Shown: piece after piece, positions 7,247 to 16,022 of the stretch
Position numbering within the stretch: the stretch's first letter is position 1
Layout: every line of letters starts with the position of its first letter
IMG/VR virus record: IMGVR_UViG_3300028602_000008
Length of the DNA: 23,456 bases
Direction: 5' to 3' (one strand)
Source: an uncultured virus (IMG/VR IMGVR_UViG_3300028602_000008)
Lineage: Duplodnaviria > Heunggongvirae > Uroviricota > Caudoviricetes
Position numbers and translations under genes: made by a program
Notes under the pieces: generated by a model
What the model was told of the DNA's origin: nothing
Databases searched by the model: none
The model's input: the letters and a program-made list of their open reading frames with translations, nothing else

Positions 7247-8428
7247 ATGGTACAAGGATATGGCAGAAGGGTAATCAATTTTAAGTTCCCCTTTTCGGTA
7301 ACGGCCACCACCCCCGGTGCGTCCGTACAGTGCGGAGACGATCCCGCATATGTTTATGAAGTCGGTCTGGAGCGATACTCCAAGCCCTGGGAATGCGCAC
7401 CCGACATGGTTGCTGAGCTAGAAGGTATCGAGATCATCGGCCCAGTGGACGCTTTTGGTGTCAGAGTCCCGATTAAAAGAGTTGCCCCGGTTATCGCCGG
7501 TAACGATATCGGTGAGAACATTTCTCTGAATGAGCACATGTGCCCCACTCTGAGAGATGGCGCACCCGAGTTAGGCTATCCGTTCAGGGATAGACAGACT
7601 TGCACCAACTTCGGCAAGGCCCTTCTGATGGGTGGAGATGCATCCACTACTTCCGTCAAGATTGGTCCGGGCGAAACTCTGAACTTCAAGGTCGAGTTCC
7701 CCACTCTGGCCCATGGCGGCGACGCAGCTATCGTCAACGACATGGAAATCAAGGCTCACATTGCCTTTGCCAAGGGACAGGATCAGATGCTGAATGCTCT
7801 GAAGGCCAGCTCGTCTGCTGAAATCAGCGCTGCAGCCAATTCTTCCCAGATTCGGCAGCTCGCGATTCTCGGTGATCTTGAGATCGCTGATGTAATTGGT
7901 GCCCAGACTATTGATAGGTCCGTCCCAGCTACGATGGATGAATGGTCCAGCTTGAACATGGGTCAGAACTCCGATGATCCTCAGATCAAGCGTATCATGA
8001 TCTATTCCAAGAACAATCAGCCCACAACTCCCAACCAGGAGATGGAGCTGGTAAGGGATGGTCAGTATGTTCAGGTACCTTTCCAGAACATGCGCTGGAC
8101 TTCCACTGAGAAGAGCTTCTTCCGGTTCACCCATTGCGGTGTCATCCCCCACCCGAACATGTTCCAGCTCAAGTTCGAGAAGGGCAACAGCCGGTACCCC
8201 ATGGTGTTCAACTGTGAGACCGTTGACAACCCGTTCATCATGCCTCAGAAGAGGTTGGTTGCAGACGTATCCTACGGTGGCCCAACTGAACTCGCCAGGG
8301 CATATACCCTGATGAAGGAGATCGGCGCTGTCAAGATCACCGATAACGGTGTAGCCATTCCCGCCTGGGCCGCTGGCGTCAGGGGATTCGAGATCGCTCT
8401 CTGGGGATACCAGTACACTCTCAAGTAA
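7247..8428 (+). CDS. probable major capsid protein (double jelly-roll fold inferred)
   Basis: 393 aa from the SD-supported ATG 7247. Strongest codon bias in the window (ATC, GTC, TTC, AAG, GAG, AAC). Two beta-rich halves joined by a helical linker. Heads the structural module. Confidence 0.6.
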   Translation: MVQGYGRRVINFKFPFSVTATTPGASVQCGDDPAYVYEVGLERYSKPWECAPDMVAELEGIEIIGPVDAFGVRVPIKRVAPVIAGNDIGENISLNEHMCPTLRDGAPELGYPFRDRQTCTNFGKALLMGGDASTTSVKIGPGETLNFKVEFPTLAHGGDAAIVNDMEIKAHIAFAKGQDQMLNALKASSSAEISAAANSSQIRQLAILGDLEIADVIGAQTIDRSVPATMDEWSSLNMGQNSDDPQIKRIMIYSKNNQPTTPNQEMELVRDGQYVQVPFQNMRWTSTEKSFFRFTHCGVIPHPNMFQLKFEKGNSRYPMVFNCETVDNPFIMPQKRLVADVSYGGPTELARAYTLMKEIGAVKITDNGVAIPAWAAGVRGFEIALWGYQYTLK

Positions 8429-8442
8429 AGGTAGGTGAAACA

Positions 8443-9216
8443 ATGCAACTAATATTTCCAATAGGTGACGTACCCCTGTCAACAATTCAGGGAGCATCCG
8501 ATTATTGGGTAAGACTCCCCAGAGGAGCTAAGCCCATAAGAAATATGTACACCGCAGGAACTCCGGCCATCACTGATGGTTATGGCGTCCTGATGGAGTC
8601 CATGAAGATTGACCAGTCCCAGGTTCTCAATGCCTGTGAGGTCGCTTGGGGCGTGGATGTAGATGGAGATATCGTAATTGTAGCTGATCCGGTAGACTTC
8701 AAGGTTGGAACCAACTCTCTGCAGTTTACTATTGCCGCAGGCGCTACTGCCGGTGATACTGCATCTGTAGCTGCTGCGTTCAACGTCACAAACTTCACTC
8801 ATCTGGAGTTCTGGATCAAGAGCAACATCGCCATGGCTGCCGGCTCGCTGACCCTCATCCTTGGTCTGACTAAGGGCGGTACCCCTGTGGCTGCCTGTCT
8901 CACCCCGGCACTGGTTGCTGGCGTCTGGAAGCATTGCAGAGTGCCTCTCGTGTTCACCCTGATAGGCTATGCCGCAAACTGCACACATCTCACTCTGAAC
9001 TATACCGTGGATGTGGGCGCTTGCGTCGTGCATCTGGATGATGTCAAGGCAGTAACTCTGGCGAGATCGGTCGAAGCTCTCAAGGTAGATCAGTTCATCG
9101 AGGATGATACCTACTTTGCCCTGAGTGCCGGCCTTGAGAATGACGACTGCAAGACAGGTCGTATTCTTATCGTCAACTACGAGACTCCTGAAGAAGAGTC
9201 CCGCTGCAGCAATTAA
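8443..9216 (+). CDS. probable abundant virion protein with a galactose-binding-like (CBM) domain
   Basis: AGGTGA SD and the same codon bias as the upstream gene. Motifs DFKVGTNSLQF, THLEFWIKS, AGVWKHCRVPL and VHLDDVK. Confidence 0.6.
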   Translation: MQLIFPIGDVPLSTIQGASDYWVRLPRGAKPIRNMYTAGTPAITDGYGVLMESMKIDQSQVLNACEVAWGVDVDGDIVIVADPVDFKVGTNSLQFTIAAGATAGDTASVAAAFNVTNFTHLEFWIKSNIAMAAGSLTLILGLTKGGTPVAACLTPALVAGVWKHCRVPLVFTLIGYAANCTHLTLNYTVDVGACVVHLDDVKAVTLARSVEALKVDQFIEDDTYFALSAGLENDDCKTGRILIVNYETPEEESRCSN

Positions 9217-9249
9217 GGAGACCCAACGGTCTCCCATATCTCCATTTTT
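9217..9249. terminator. hairpin with pyrimidine/T tail between convergent genes
   Basis: GGAGACC-CAAC-GGTCTCC (9217-9234) lies immediately after the TAA and is followed by CATATCTCCATTTTT. Confidence 0.65.
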
Positions 9250-9475
9250 AAGAGTCTTTCAAAAAAGATAATGTGCTTCTGATATCTTCCATTAGCTTAT
9301 TGATATCCATGTTCTTGTCAATTTTAGGCGGGAAGATTATCAACACGCCATGATTCAGTATTTGCATTTGCGAGCCATGTTCTATATGATTTACATGACA
9401 CCATGGCTTAGGCAACGTGATTCTCATCGATGACCCCCCCGTTTGGGTGGCCTGTACGATCCCCAATAAAGGCAT
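9248..9475 (-). CDS. AbrB/MazE/SpoVT-family DNA-binding protein
   Basis: QTGGSSMRITLPKPW...IEHGSQM...LIIFP is the archaeal AbrB-type swapped-hairpin motif. TTAAATA lies about 25 nt upstream on the minus strand. Confidence 0.8.
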   Translation of the reverse strand: MPLLGIVQATQTGGSSMRITLPKPWCHVNHIEHGSQMQILNHGVLIIFPPKIDKNMDINKLMEDIRSTLSFLKDS

Positions 9476-9602
9476 GCTAGATAGTTAAGATGTTTAAGGT
9501 ATTTAACATATTGTACGAAAAAGAATTATTCACATGGCCTTATTGCACATCTTTAACATATGTAAGCTACGTTTTTATAATCAGATTTTATATATTACCC
9601 CC
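9476..9602. promoter_or_regulatory. divergent promoter region with a 10-bp direct repeat
   Basis: TTTAACATAT occurs at 9502-9511 and 9552-9561. TTTTTATAA (9572-9580) ends 23 nt before ATG 9603. Confidence 0.5.
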
Positions 9603-10673
9603 ATGTCATTCGTAAAGCCAGGATACGCTCAGTGCCCCGTGGAAATACTCCCCGAGGTACAGGTTGATCAGGTTACTGTGGGTGGCGCAGAAATCGCAAG
9701 CTACAGCAACTATGGAAAGAGACTATTGGAAATCAGGAACTTGGTATCTTCAAGGCCTGCAGCTAATCCAATCGAAACCATCATCCACACGGATATTGGT
9801 GGTGAAGCCCAGAAGCTCTACAGCGCAGCTCAGCACAGCGTTCGAGTAGATCTAATCGAGGGTGCTGGAAACAAGGTCATGGCCAGGGACTATGCAACCA
9901 TCCAGCAAAAGAGCATAGGCGGTCCAGAAGCCAACATTATCAATCGTTGGCACTTGGTAGTCCGAAACTACAATCTGCTGGATCTTTTCCGTGTAGGAGT
10001 CAAACCTGAAAATGCTCTGACCATGATCGAACCACGTCTGGTTGATGCTGACAGAACTCGCATTCTCGAAGCCGCAAACATACTGGAACGCAGCATTACA
10101 GGCAACCTACCAGTTCACCAGGACCTGCTGAATCCAGCCGTGGAGGAGCAGTTTGAGACGATCAAAGAGGTAGATCGACAGATTCCCGCCCTAGCGGCAG
10201 TCACCGGCAGCCATATCCTTGGTGGCCAGGCGATATCAGTTCCCGCGGGCTACATTGCCGTGGTCTTAGGTTTCGCTGTAGATTCTCAGCAGGTCGTTTT
10301 AAACCTGGCTGGTGGTGCAGGGCCTTTCAACTGTTGCTTCATGTATTTCTCCAAAGACGATCTTGAGAATTACGTCAGGATGGATGCTGCGGGCATGCCA
10401 AACGGCATGGGTGGAGCTGCAGGAACCATTGATTTCGACATGAGATGCTTTATCCCAGTCACCAAAAAGTTCCAGCTCCAGATCGTGAATAACCACGCGA
10501 TTAGTCCCGTTGCAGCCAATCTTCGAGTTAGAATGAGATACGGCCTGAGGAAAAAGACATTAGTAGACCATGAGAAGTGGGGAATCCCCTACTCCACCAG
10601 CGAGGAAGCCGCCGCTGTTGCATTACTGGAGAAATACAAGATCAAGGATGCAGTTTACATTGGCGAGCAGTAA
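9603..10673 (+). CDS. probable second (minor) capsid protein, two beta-rich domains
   Basis: 356 aa from ATG 9603 (the track's extension lies in AT-rich promoter DNA). Beta-helix-beta layout and size are similar to 7247-8428. Confidence 0.45.
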   Translation: MSFVKPGYAQCPVEILPEVQVDQVTVGGAEIASYSNYGKRLLEIRNLVSSRPAANPIETIIHTDIGGEAQKLYSAAQHSVRVDLIEGAGNKVMARDYATIQQKSIGGPEANIINRWHLVVRNYNLLDLFRVGVKPENALTMIEPRLVDADRTRILEAANILERSITGNLPVHQDLLNPAVEEQFETIKEVDRQIPALAAVTGSHILGGQAISVPAGYIAVVLGFAVDSQQVVLNLAGGAGPFNCCFMYFSKDDLENYVRMDAAGMPNGMGGAAGTIDFDMRCFIPVTKKFQLQIVNNHAISPVAANLRVRMRYGLRKKTLVDHEKWGIPYSTSEEAAAVALLEKYKIKDAVYIGEQ

Positions 10674-10682
10674 GGAGCGAAC

Positions 10683-11054
10683 ATGCCAATCTACAGACAT
10701 GTTCAATTTTCAATCTTCCGCAAGGCCTTTGGTGGGGCATTTGACGCGGGATTGCAAAAATATGACATCATGAACGGGGATTCATCTCAGTCTGGACTTG
10801 GTGTACCCGCCAAGTCTATTACGATCTTGAATCATGGGCCGGGAATTGTCTATTATCAGATTAGTTCTAACGGTAGTGATTTGGGGGTTGTAGATGGGAT
10901 TGATTCTGGTCAGGGTAAAGTGTTCCAACCACAGGAGAGTGTCTACACGGCCCAAATATCGCTTTATACGGATAACGCAGGCACATTATTTTCGCTAATA
11001 GCAACTCCTGGTGAATGGACAGATGAAGAGCTGCTGGAGATCCTCGGAGGCTAA
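10683..11054 (+). CDS. small all-beta protein, penton/vertex-like single jelly roll (inferred)
   Basis: 123 aa with AGGAG upstream. PAKSITILNHGPGIVYYQISSNG...IDSGQGKVF...QISLYTD...FSLIA reads as consecutive beta strands. It sits just before the spike genes. Confidence 0.5.
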   Translation: MPIYRHVQFSIFRKAFGGAFDAGLQKYDIMNGDSSQSGLGVPAKSITILNHGPGIVYYQISSNGSDLGVVDGIDSGQGKVFQPQESVYTAQISLYTDNAGTLFSLIATPGEWTDEELLEILGG

Positions 11055-11056
11055 AA

Positions 11057-12085
11057 ATGCCACTCATGGTAATGCTTTCGATTAAAACTGATGTGGATAG
11101 CCTTTACCTCAGCCGTGATGCAGGTGGAACTTTATTTGTCGATGGGGCATTTGCGAGCGCTTCAGACACCAATGACGGGTTTTCCGCCACTTCACCCAAG
11201 CTTACCATCATGGGTGCAATCAATGCTGCAGGGCCAGGCTGGAAGGTCAAGATCGCCCCCGGCACCTATCCGGAGAATGTGATCGTGCCCCCAGGCTATG
11301 ACGGGATCCAGATTCAAGGCCGGGCCAGGGATGGTCCCAACAAAACAAGCATCGCACCAGCCACGGGTAGAGCCATATCTATTACTTGCGGGTATGCCGA
11401 AGTATCCTATCTGGAAGTCGTTGATACAGCCCCGGCCGTTGGCGATCTCCACAACACCTGCATTTACGCTACAGGTTACGGGCATACGATTCACAACATT
11501 GCCCTGTCAGGTGTAAGTGCTGGTTGCTGGGGAATTTGGTACCATGATGTCGATTATGGACTGATCCATGATTGCTATCTTGACGGAACATATAATATTT
11601 CCGGAATAGGTGTCTTCATTGGTGACGATTCCGTTGGCTGCAGGATCTTCCACAACTACATCACCCGCTGGGGTAGTGGAACTGGTAGCGGCTTAGGAAA
11701 TAACGGCTATGGCATTGGTCGTCACATCAATGCACAGCGCCTGGTTGTCGAAGAAAACGATATCATAGACAACTTCGTTGGTGTTTACATGTACCCGCCA
11801 GGTGCAACTGATATTGAAGGTGACTACGTAGGTCATAATAATTTCATGGAGAATGCCAGCTACGATGTTTATGATGAGCATGACTATCCAACATCAGCTA
11901 ACATAGTAGACGAGAATTTCTATGGATACACGGCTGGATTAGTGCCTTGGTATCTCGATTCCGATGGTGACAACATTGCTGACTACATAGTCAGATGCGG
12001 TCCCACGAATCGGGATAAGCATCCCCTCCCAAGTCCATTTAGCTGGAAGAACGGTAAGGGTAATGCTCGTGTTGGAGTGATTTAA
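11057..12085 (+). CDS. right-handed parallel beta-helix (pectin lyase-like, NosD/CASH) protein
   Basis: N-cap SDTNDGFSATSPKLTIMGAINAA...IAPGTYPENV, PbH1-like turns (IHDC, IFHN, VEEN, VGHNNF) and C-terminal DSDGDNIAD...DKHPLPSP. Confidence 0.8.
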   Translation: MPLMVMLSIKTDVDSLYLSRDAGGTLFVDGAFASASDTNDGFSATSPKLTIMGAINAAGPGWKVKIAPGTYPENVIVPPGYDGIQIQGRARDGPNKTSIAPATGRAISITCGYAEVSYLEVVDTAPAVGDLHNTCIYATGYGHTIHNIALSGVSAGCWGIWYHDVDYGLIHDCYLDGTYNISGIGVFIGDDSVGCRIFHNYITRWGSGTGSGLGNNGYGIGRHINAQRLVVEENDIIDNFVGVYMYPPGATDIEGDYVGHNNFMENASYDVYDEHDYPTSANIVDENFYGYTAGLVPWYLDSDGDNIADYIVRCGPTNRDKHPLPSPFSWKNGKGNARVGVI

Positions 12086-12086
12086 G

Positions 12087-12200
12087 ATGTATAAACCAAA
12101 GATCACCCAGAAGGGGGAGATCCCAGGGGATCTCTCATTGCCCAAACCTGCAACGATTTCAATCGAAGAAAAGGAAAAGAAGGAGGATGATACTGAATGA
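12087..12200 (+). CDS. small charged protein (37 aa)
   Basis: Read manually: MYKPKITQKGEIPGDLSLPKPATISIEEKEKKEDDTE*. SD GGAGTGA at 12074-12080. It fills the gap exactly and overlaps the next gene by ATGA. Confidence 0.55.
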   Translation: MYKPKITQKGEIPGDLSLPKPATISIEEKEKKEDDTE

Positions 12201-13630
12201 ATGGGATTGACAGATTCTCGTTTCACCCATCTGGCATAATCCTCTTTGACAATTTCCGAGGGGCAGCCATAGGTGCTATCTGGGGTACTGCAGTCGAAGT
12301 AGGAACCCTAATTACCATCGGGGCAGGCTACGTCAAGTTTGCCCATGCGGGAGCTGCAGTTGCAGGCCTTTCCATCCTACCATTTGGTCGAAACTTCGGT
12401 GTTCAAACCTCATTCGAGGCCGACATCCAAGCCGTGGCCGGCGTGGGCATGGTCAACCTCAACAGTGGCATCAGACTTTATGCCAATGTAGATAACTGGA
12501 TCCAGCTCGGGCCTTACATCGCAGGTGCAGAAACCCATGCCATCGCTCTCACCTACTCAGTTGATGGTGTCACAGGATCAGCACATCTACTTTCGGGAGC
12601 TGTTGACGATTTGGTTCGCAGAGTACGTCTTACTGTACTTGAAAACCATGTCGTAGCTTATGTCAATGGCATTCGTATGTATGATGTGGCTTTCACTGAC
12701 GCCAATAGGGATCTTGTAGACTACGCTTTCCAGCTCGTAACCGGGACTACGGCTCCTGCTGACGTACTGGATGTACGTTTTAGTAACATCAAGATCAGTA
12801 ATACGGTAGCTGAGCCAGAACCCTATCCAGCCAGGTTCAAAGGAACTATTTCCCTGCCAGACACAACTCCAGTGAACTTATCCTTCCCTGCATCTGAAAA
12901 TGGGGAAACGTTCGAGTTGGTACTGGGTGCTAATCTGGGCGAAGGTTACATGCCTTATGCCTATACCCATGATGTTGCACCAGAAACATATACTGATATT
13001 ACAGCCGCCTGTAATAACTTGACCACTGGTGACATCGTACTGCTCCCAGCCGTTCCAGCAAACGGAGATGCAGTATATTTTGGTGCTGACGAAAAGTTCT
13101 GGTGCATCGATGTCTACATGGATGGTGGTGTCAATAATACAGATAACGTCTTTGCCATCCAATATTGGGATGGTGATTCATGGGAAGATATTCCTGGTGT
13201 TACGGACGGTACCAATGGAGGGACTGCTGGCAGAACATTCTATCAAAACGGTAGGATATATTTCAGCCCACCTGCTGGCTGGGCTACTGTATCAACTGGT
13301 GCATACTTGGTTAGAATGGTCGTAACCACATTTGGAGTAGACGTTCCTAAGGCAACCCACATCCAGCTCGGATTTGATGCAGGCAGCTACTTCGATCAAC
13401 ATGCAGCGTTCTTGAGCATGCTTATGGTCAAGATGAAGCGGAGCTTCCCAGTGGCCGGTTATACCAGGTTCTACAGCGATGCAATGCCTTACTTGCAATG
13501 CTTGGGCGAACGGAACGTGGATATCAATGGTTGGAGATGTGAAGGCAACGCACAGGTTTCCTTTGAATTATCAGCCACTCCTACCAAAACGGTGACCATA
13601 GAGTATTTCGGATTCACCAGGAGGCTTTGA
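12197..13630 (+). CDS. multidomain beta-sandwich spike/adhesin (ConA-like N-terminal domain)
   Basis: LFDNF...W start and VRLTVLENHVVAYVNG...VRFSNIKI end of a ConA-like domain. A later module contains GDAVYFG...IQYWDGDSW...VTDGT. GGAGG upstream. Confidence 0.6.
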   Translation: MNGIDRFSFHPSGIILFDNFRGAAIGAIWGTAVEVGTLITIGAGYVKFAHAGAAVAGLSILPFGRNFGVQTSFEADIQAVAGVGMVNLNSGIRLYANVDNWIQLGPYIAGAETHAIALTYSVDGVTGSAHLLSGAVDDLVRRVRLTVLENHVVAYVNGIRMYDVAFTDANRDLVDYAFQLVTGTTAPADVLDVRFSNIKISNTVAEPEPYPARFKGTISLPDTTPVNLSFPASENGETFELVLGANLGEGYMPYAYTHDVAPETYTDITAACNNLTTGDIVLLPAVPANGDAVYFGADEKFWCIDVYMDGGVNNTDNVFAIQYWDGDSWEDIPGVTDGTNGGTAGRTFYQNGRIYFSPPAGWATVSTGAYLVRMVVTTFGVDVPKATHIQLGFDAGSYFDQHAAFLSMLMVKMKRSFPVAGYTRFYSDAMPYLQCLGERNVDINGWRCEGNAQVSFELSATPTKTVTIEYFGFTRRL

Positions 13631-15372
13631 TGGCTATAGCCAAATCGATCAACACCATTAAGTTAGATCCCCTGGGTGCCCGGAGAATCGACGAAACCTA
13701 CTACATCGGGAATCAAAGTGATCTGGTTGGCAGCCAGATCATTAACGTCCATCCGGCTGTAGCACTGGAAAAAAATATCTCTCTTATCAATGCCGTTTCC
13801 ATCTACGACCAGGGCGGAAACCTCATGAGCAAATGGTCTGAGGCTAAAAACCTTAATCTCGGAAGTTCTCAGCTTTGGACAAAACTTAATGGCGTTACTT
13901 CAACCAATGCCCTACGAGTTTTAACGATTCTGGGTGACTGGTATCAGTATTTCAACAAATTCGATGACGCTGGCACGTTTGGCCATGATCCAAATCAGGT
14001 TAACAGCCAGGGAGACGGATCAAAAAAAGTAGTCACAGGAATCGGATCAGCAAACATCACACTGGCAACTGATGCCGTCTTTGATACGGTGACTGATCTT
14101 TGGGGACCTTTTGCCATTTATCCACAACATGGAGGACACATATACATTACACTAACAGGCGTATATTATGTTGTTATGGCTATAAAATATAATGGTTCTA
14201 CATTGGCCTGTGCGATTTATGGTAAATCAATAGATGGGGGATTGAATTGGACATGGACGGCACTTGATACGAGTAATACCCACCGACAGTCAGATATTTC
14301 TTTCGCCGTTGATAAATTTGGCGATCTACATTTCGTTTGGAGGGAAAATGTAAGCAGTACTGTTGAGCATGTCAAATATCGAAAATTAACCGTTTCAACA
14401 GGTACCTTAGGTACAGTAGCGTACGTAAATATTGATGTCCTCCACCACAATTATGCCCCATGCATTCAGACACACATAGATGGACAAAAAATATGTGTAT
14501 GTTGGTGCGGGGATGGCTTTGGAGCAAGACCCGCAGATGCAAATATCTGTCTCCGAGTCCGAAATGCGGATGGAACCTGGGAATCAATCCAAAATATAAC
14601 TACTGATGGCGGAACTGGGTCAGATTTTTATTACAACGGTTGCTCAATTGATTACGACAGCAACGGCTACCGACACGTTTTAGCTTATACTGAAAATAGT
14701 GCGTTAACAAAAGCTAATTTACTTTACTTTCGGGAAACCGGTGCTGGGTTTAGTGCGCCAGTTAAAATAAATTCCGATGGCGCAGATTCCGATCATATGA
14801 ACCATTATTCTAAAATCTTGATAAATAAGAATAATGACGCCATAGTTGCATATGATATTGGTACCATGGGTGACATTAATCCGCTTTACATCAAAAGGAT
14901 CGTTGAAGGCACCCCCGGAACCAGAACCCTGGTAGAAGCCGGAGGCGCGGGAATCGGTGGAACATTACCACAAGTCCAACTGGATAGCTATAACCGCGTA
15001 GTTATTGTATACATGAGCGGTGGTAACTCGTATGGATATCGTATTTTATCTCCCACCTTTACCGTAATAGGCCCAAGATACGAGATTTATAAGGTAGCAG
15101 CAGGAAATACTCTAAGTTTCTTCCACATACCTTGGGGTATTCCACCAGTAATGAACGGTATCAATCCGAACATCATCCAACAGGGCATAATTATGCTATC
15201 ATCAGCTATAAAAGATGCCACTCCGGAAAAAACGGACATCAGTATCCTGTTGCAGGGCAACTGCGTATTGGGTGCTCCGGTGCTGCCTTCCGCAATGATC
15301 AAGTATACTTATAACATACGAGGGGCCATTAATAGGTCCAAATTCAATTCCGGATTTAATCCATCAATTTGA
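13630..15372 (+). CDS. BNR/sialidase-like beta-propeller protein
   Basis: Asp-box SIDGGLNW (14227-14250) and repeated blades (AVDKFGDLHFVW, DYDSNGYRHVLA, QLDSYNRVVIVY). TGATG overlap puts the start at 13630. Confidence 0.7.
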   Translation: MAIAKSINTIKLDPLGARRIDETYYIGNQSDLVGSQIINVHPAVALEKNISLINAVSIYDQGGNLMSKWSEAKNLNLGSSQLWTKLNGVTSTNALRVLTILGDWYQYFNKFDDAGTFGHDPNQVNSQGDGSKKVVTGIGSANITLATDAVFDTVTDLWGPFAIYPQHGGHIYITLTGVYYVVMAIKYNGSTLACAIYGKSIDGGLNWTWTALDTSNTHRQSDISFAVDKFGDLHFVWRENVSSTVEHVKYRKLTVSTGTLGTVAYVNIDVLHHNYAPCIQTHIDGQKICVCWCGDGFGARPADANICLRVRNADGTWESIQNITTDGGTGSDFYYNGCSIDYDSNGYRHVLAYTENSALTKANLLYFRETGAGFSAPVKINSDGADSDHMNHYSKILINKNNDAIVAYDIGTMGDINPLYIKRIVEGTPGTRTLVEAGGAGIGGTLPQVQLDSYNRVVIVYMSGGNSYGYRILSPTFTVIGPRYEIYKVAAGNTLSFFHIPWGIPPVMNGINPNIIQQGIIMLSSAIKDATPEKTDISILLQGNCVLGAPVLPSAMIKYTYNIRGAINRSKFNSGFNPSI

Positions 15373-15382
15373 GGTCTACAAA

Positions 15383-15823
15383 ATGCCCCTTGATATCGAT
15401 CCGACACAGATAACTGAGAAGAATGTTCCTCAAGTACTGGGTGCTATCGTGGTAGAATTACAGAACATGAATCGCAAACTCGACGAACATGCTATTGAAA
15501 TGGAGTCAAGACTAAATGAAAAAATTAATGTGCTGGCTAATCGAGTCGCTAGTATCGAGGAGAATCGAGCTGCAAATCCAAATTGTCAAATGCATTTAAT
15601 CGAAATAGGTAGAATAGATGCTATCGAAAAGACTCTAAAACTCCATGACACTTTGTTTTGGACACCTTTGTTGGTAACCAAAGAGGATATTCTTCCCTTT
15701 ATGTGGAAGTACAAATACATCGTAGCCGGGGTTACAGCCATCCTGACAGCATGGCTGGCCATCACAGATTGGGCGGTACGCGCCATACAGTGGGGATTAG
15801 TACCGCCAGGTGGAGTACCTTAA
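15383..15823 (+). CDS. coiled-coil protein with a C-terminal transmembrane segment
   Basis: Heptad N-terminal half and hydrophobic YIVAGVTAILTAWLAITDWAV. GAGGT upstream. Confidence 0.7.
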   Translation: MPLDIDPTQITEKNVPQVLGAIVVELQNMNRKLDEHAIEMESRLNEKINVLANRVASIEENRAANPNCQMHLIEIGRIDAIEKTLKLHDTLFWTPLLVTKEDILPFMWKYKYIVAGVTAILTAWLAITDWAVRAIQWGLVPPGGVP

Positions 15824-15848
15824 TATATAAATGTAGGAGATACAAGAT

Positions 15849-16022
15849 ATGATTCGCCCAATCGAGAGAGCGCCCAGGTGGCGCTGGCAAACCATGATTG
15901 ATGATAGAGACCGCCAATGGTTAGATGGAGATCAATCTCTCTATTTTAACCGTATAATGGATCTAGGTCAACCTATTGAAGATAGTGATGCAGCAACCAA
16001 AAAGTATGTAGATGACTCCACC
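15849..16022 (+). repeat. 58-codon N-terminal module, copy 1 of 3 (others at 18181-18354 and 21715-21888)
   Basis: Ungapped alignment by hand gives 47/58 aa identity with copy 3 and 40/58 with copy 2. Confidence 0.95.

Noticed and set aside
7571..9237. Long minus-strand ORFs 7571-8497 and 8479-9237
   Set aside because: They mirror the strongly codon-biased plus-strand genes, whose codon choice removes antisense stops. No motifs or SD.
15383..15823. Holin assignment
   Set aside because: A single transmembrane segment plus coiled coil fits, but no endolysin is adjacent and it could equally be a virion membrane protein.
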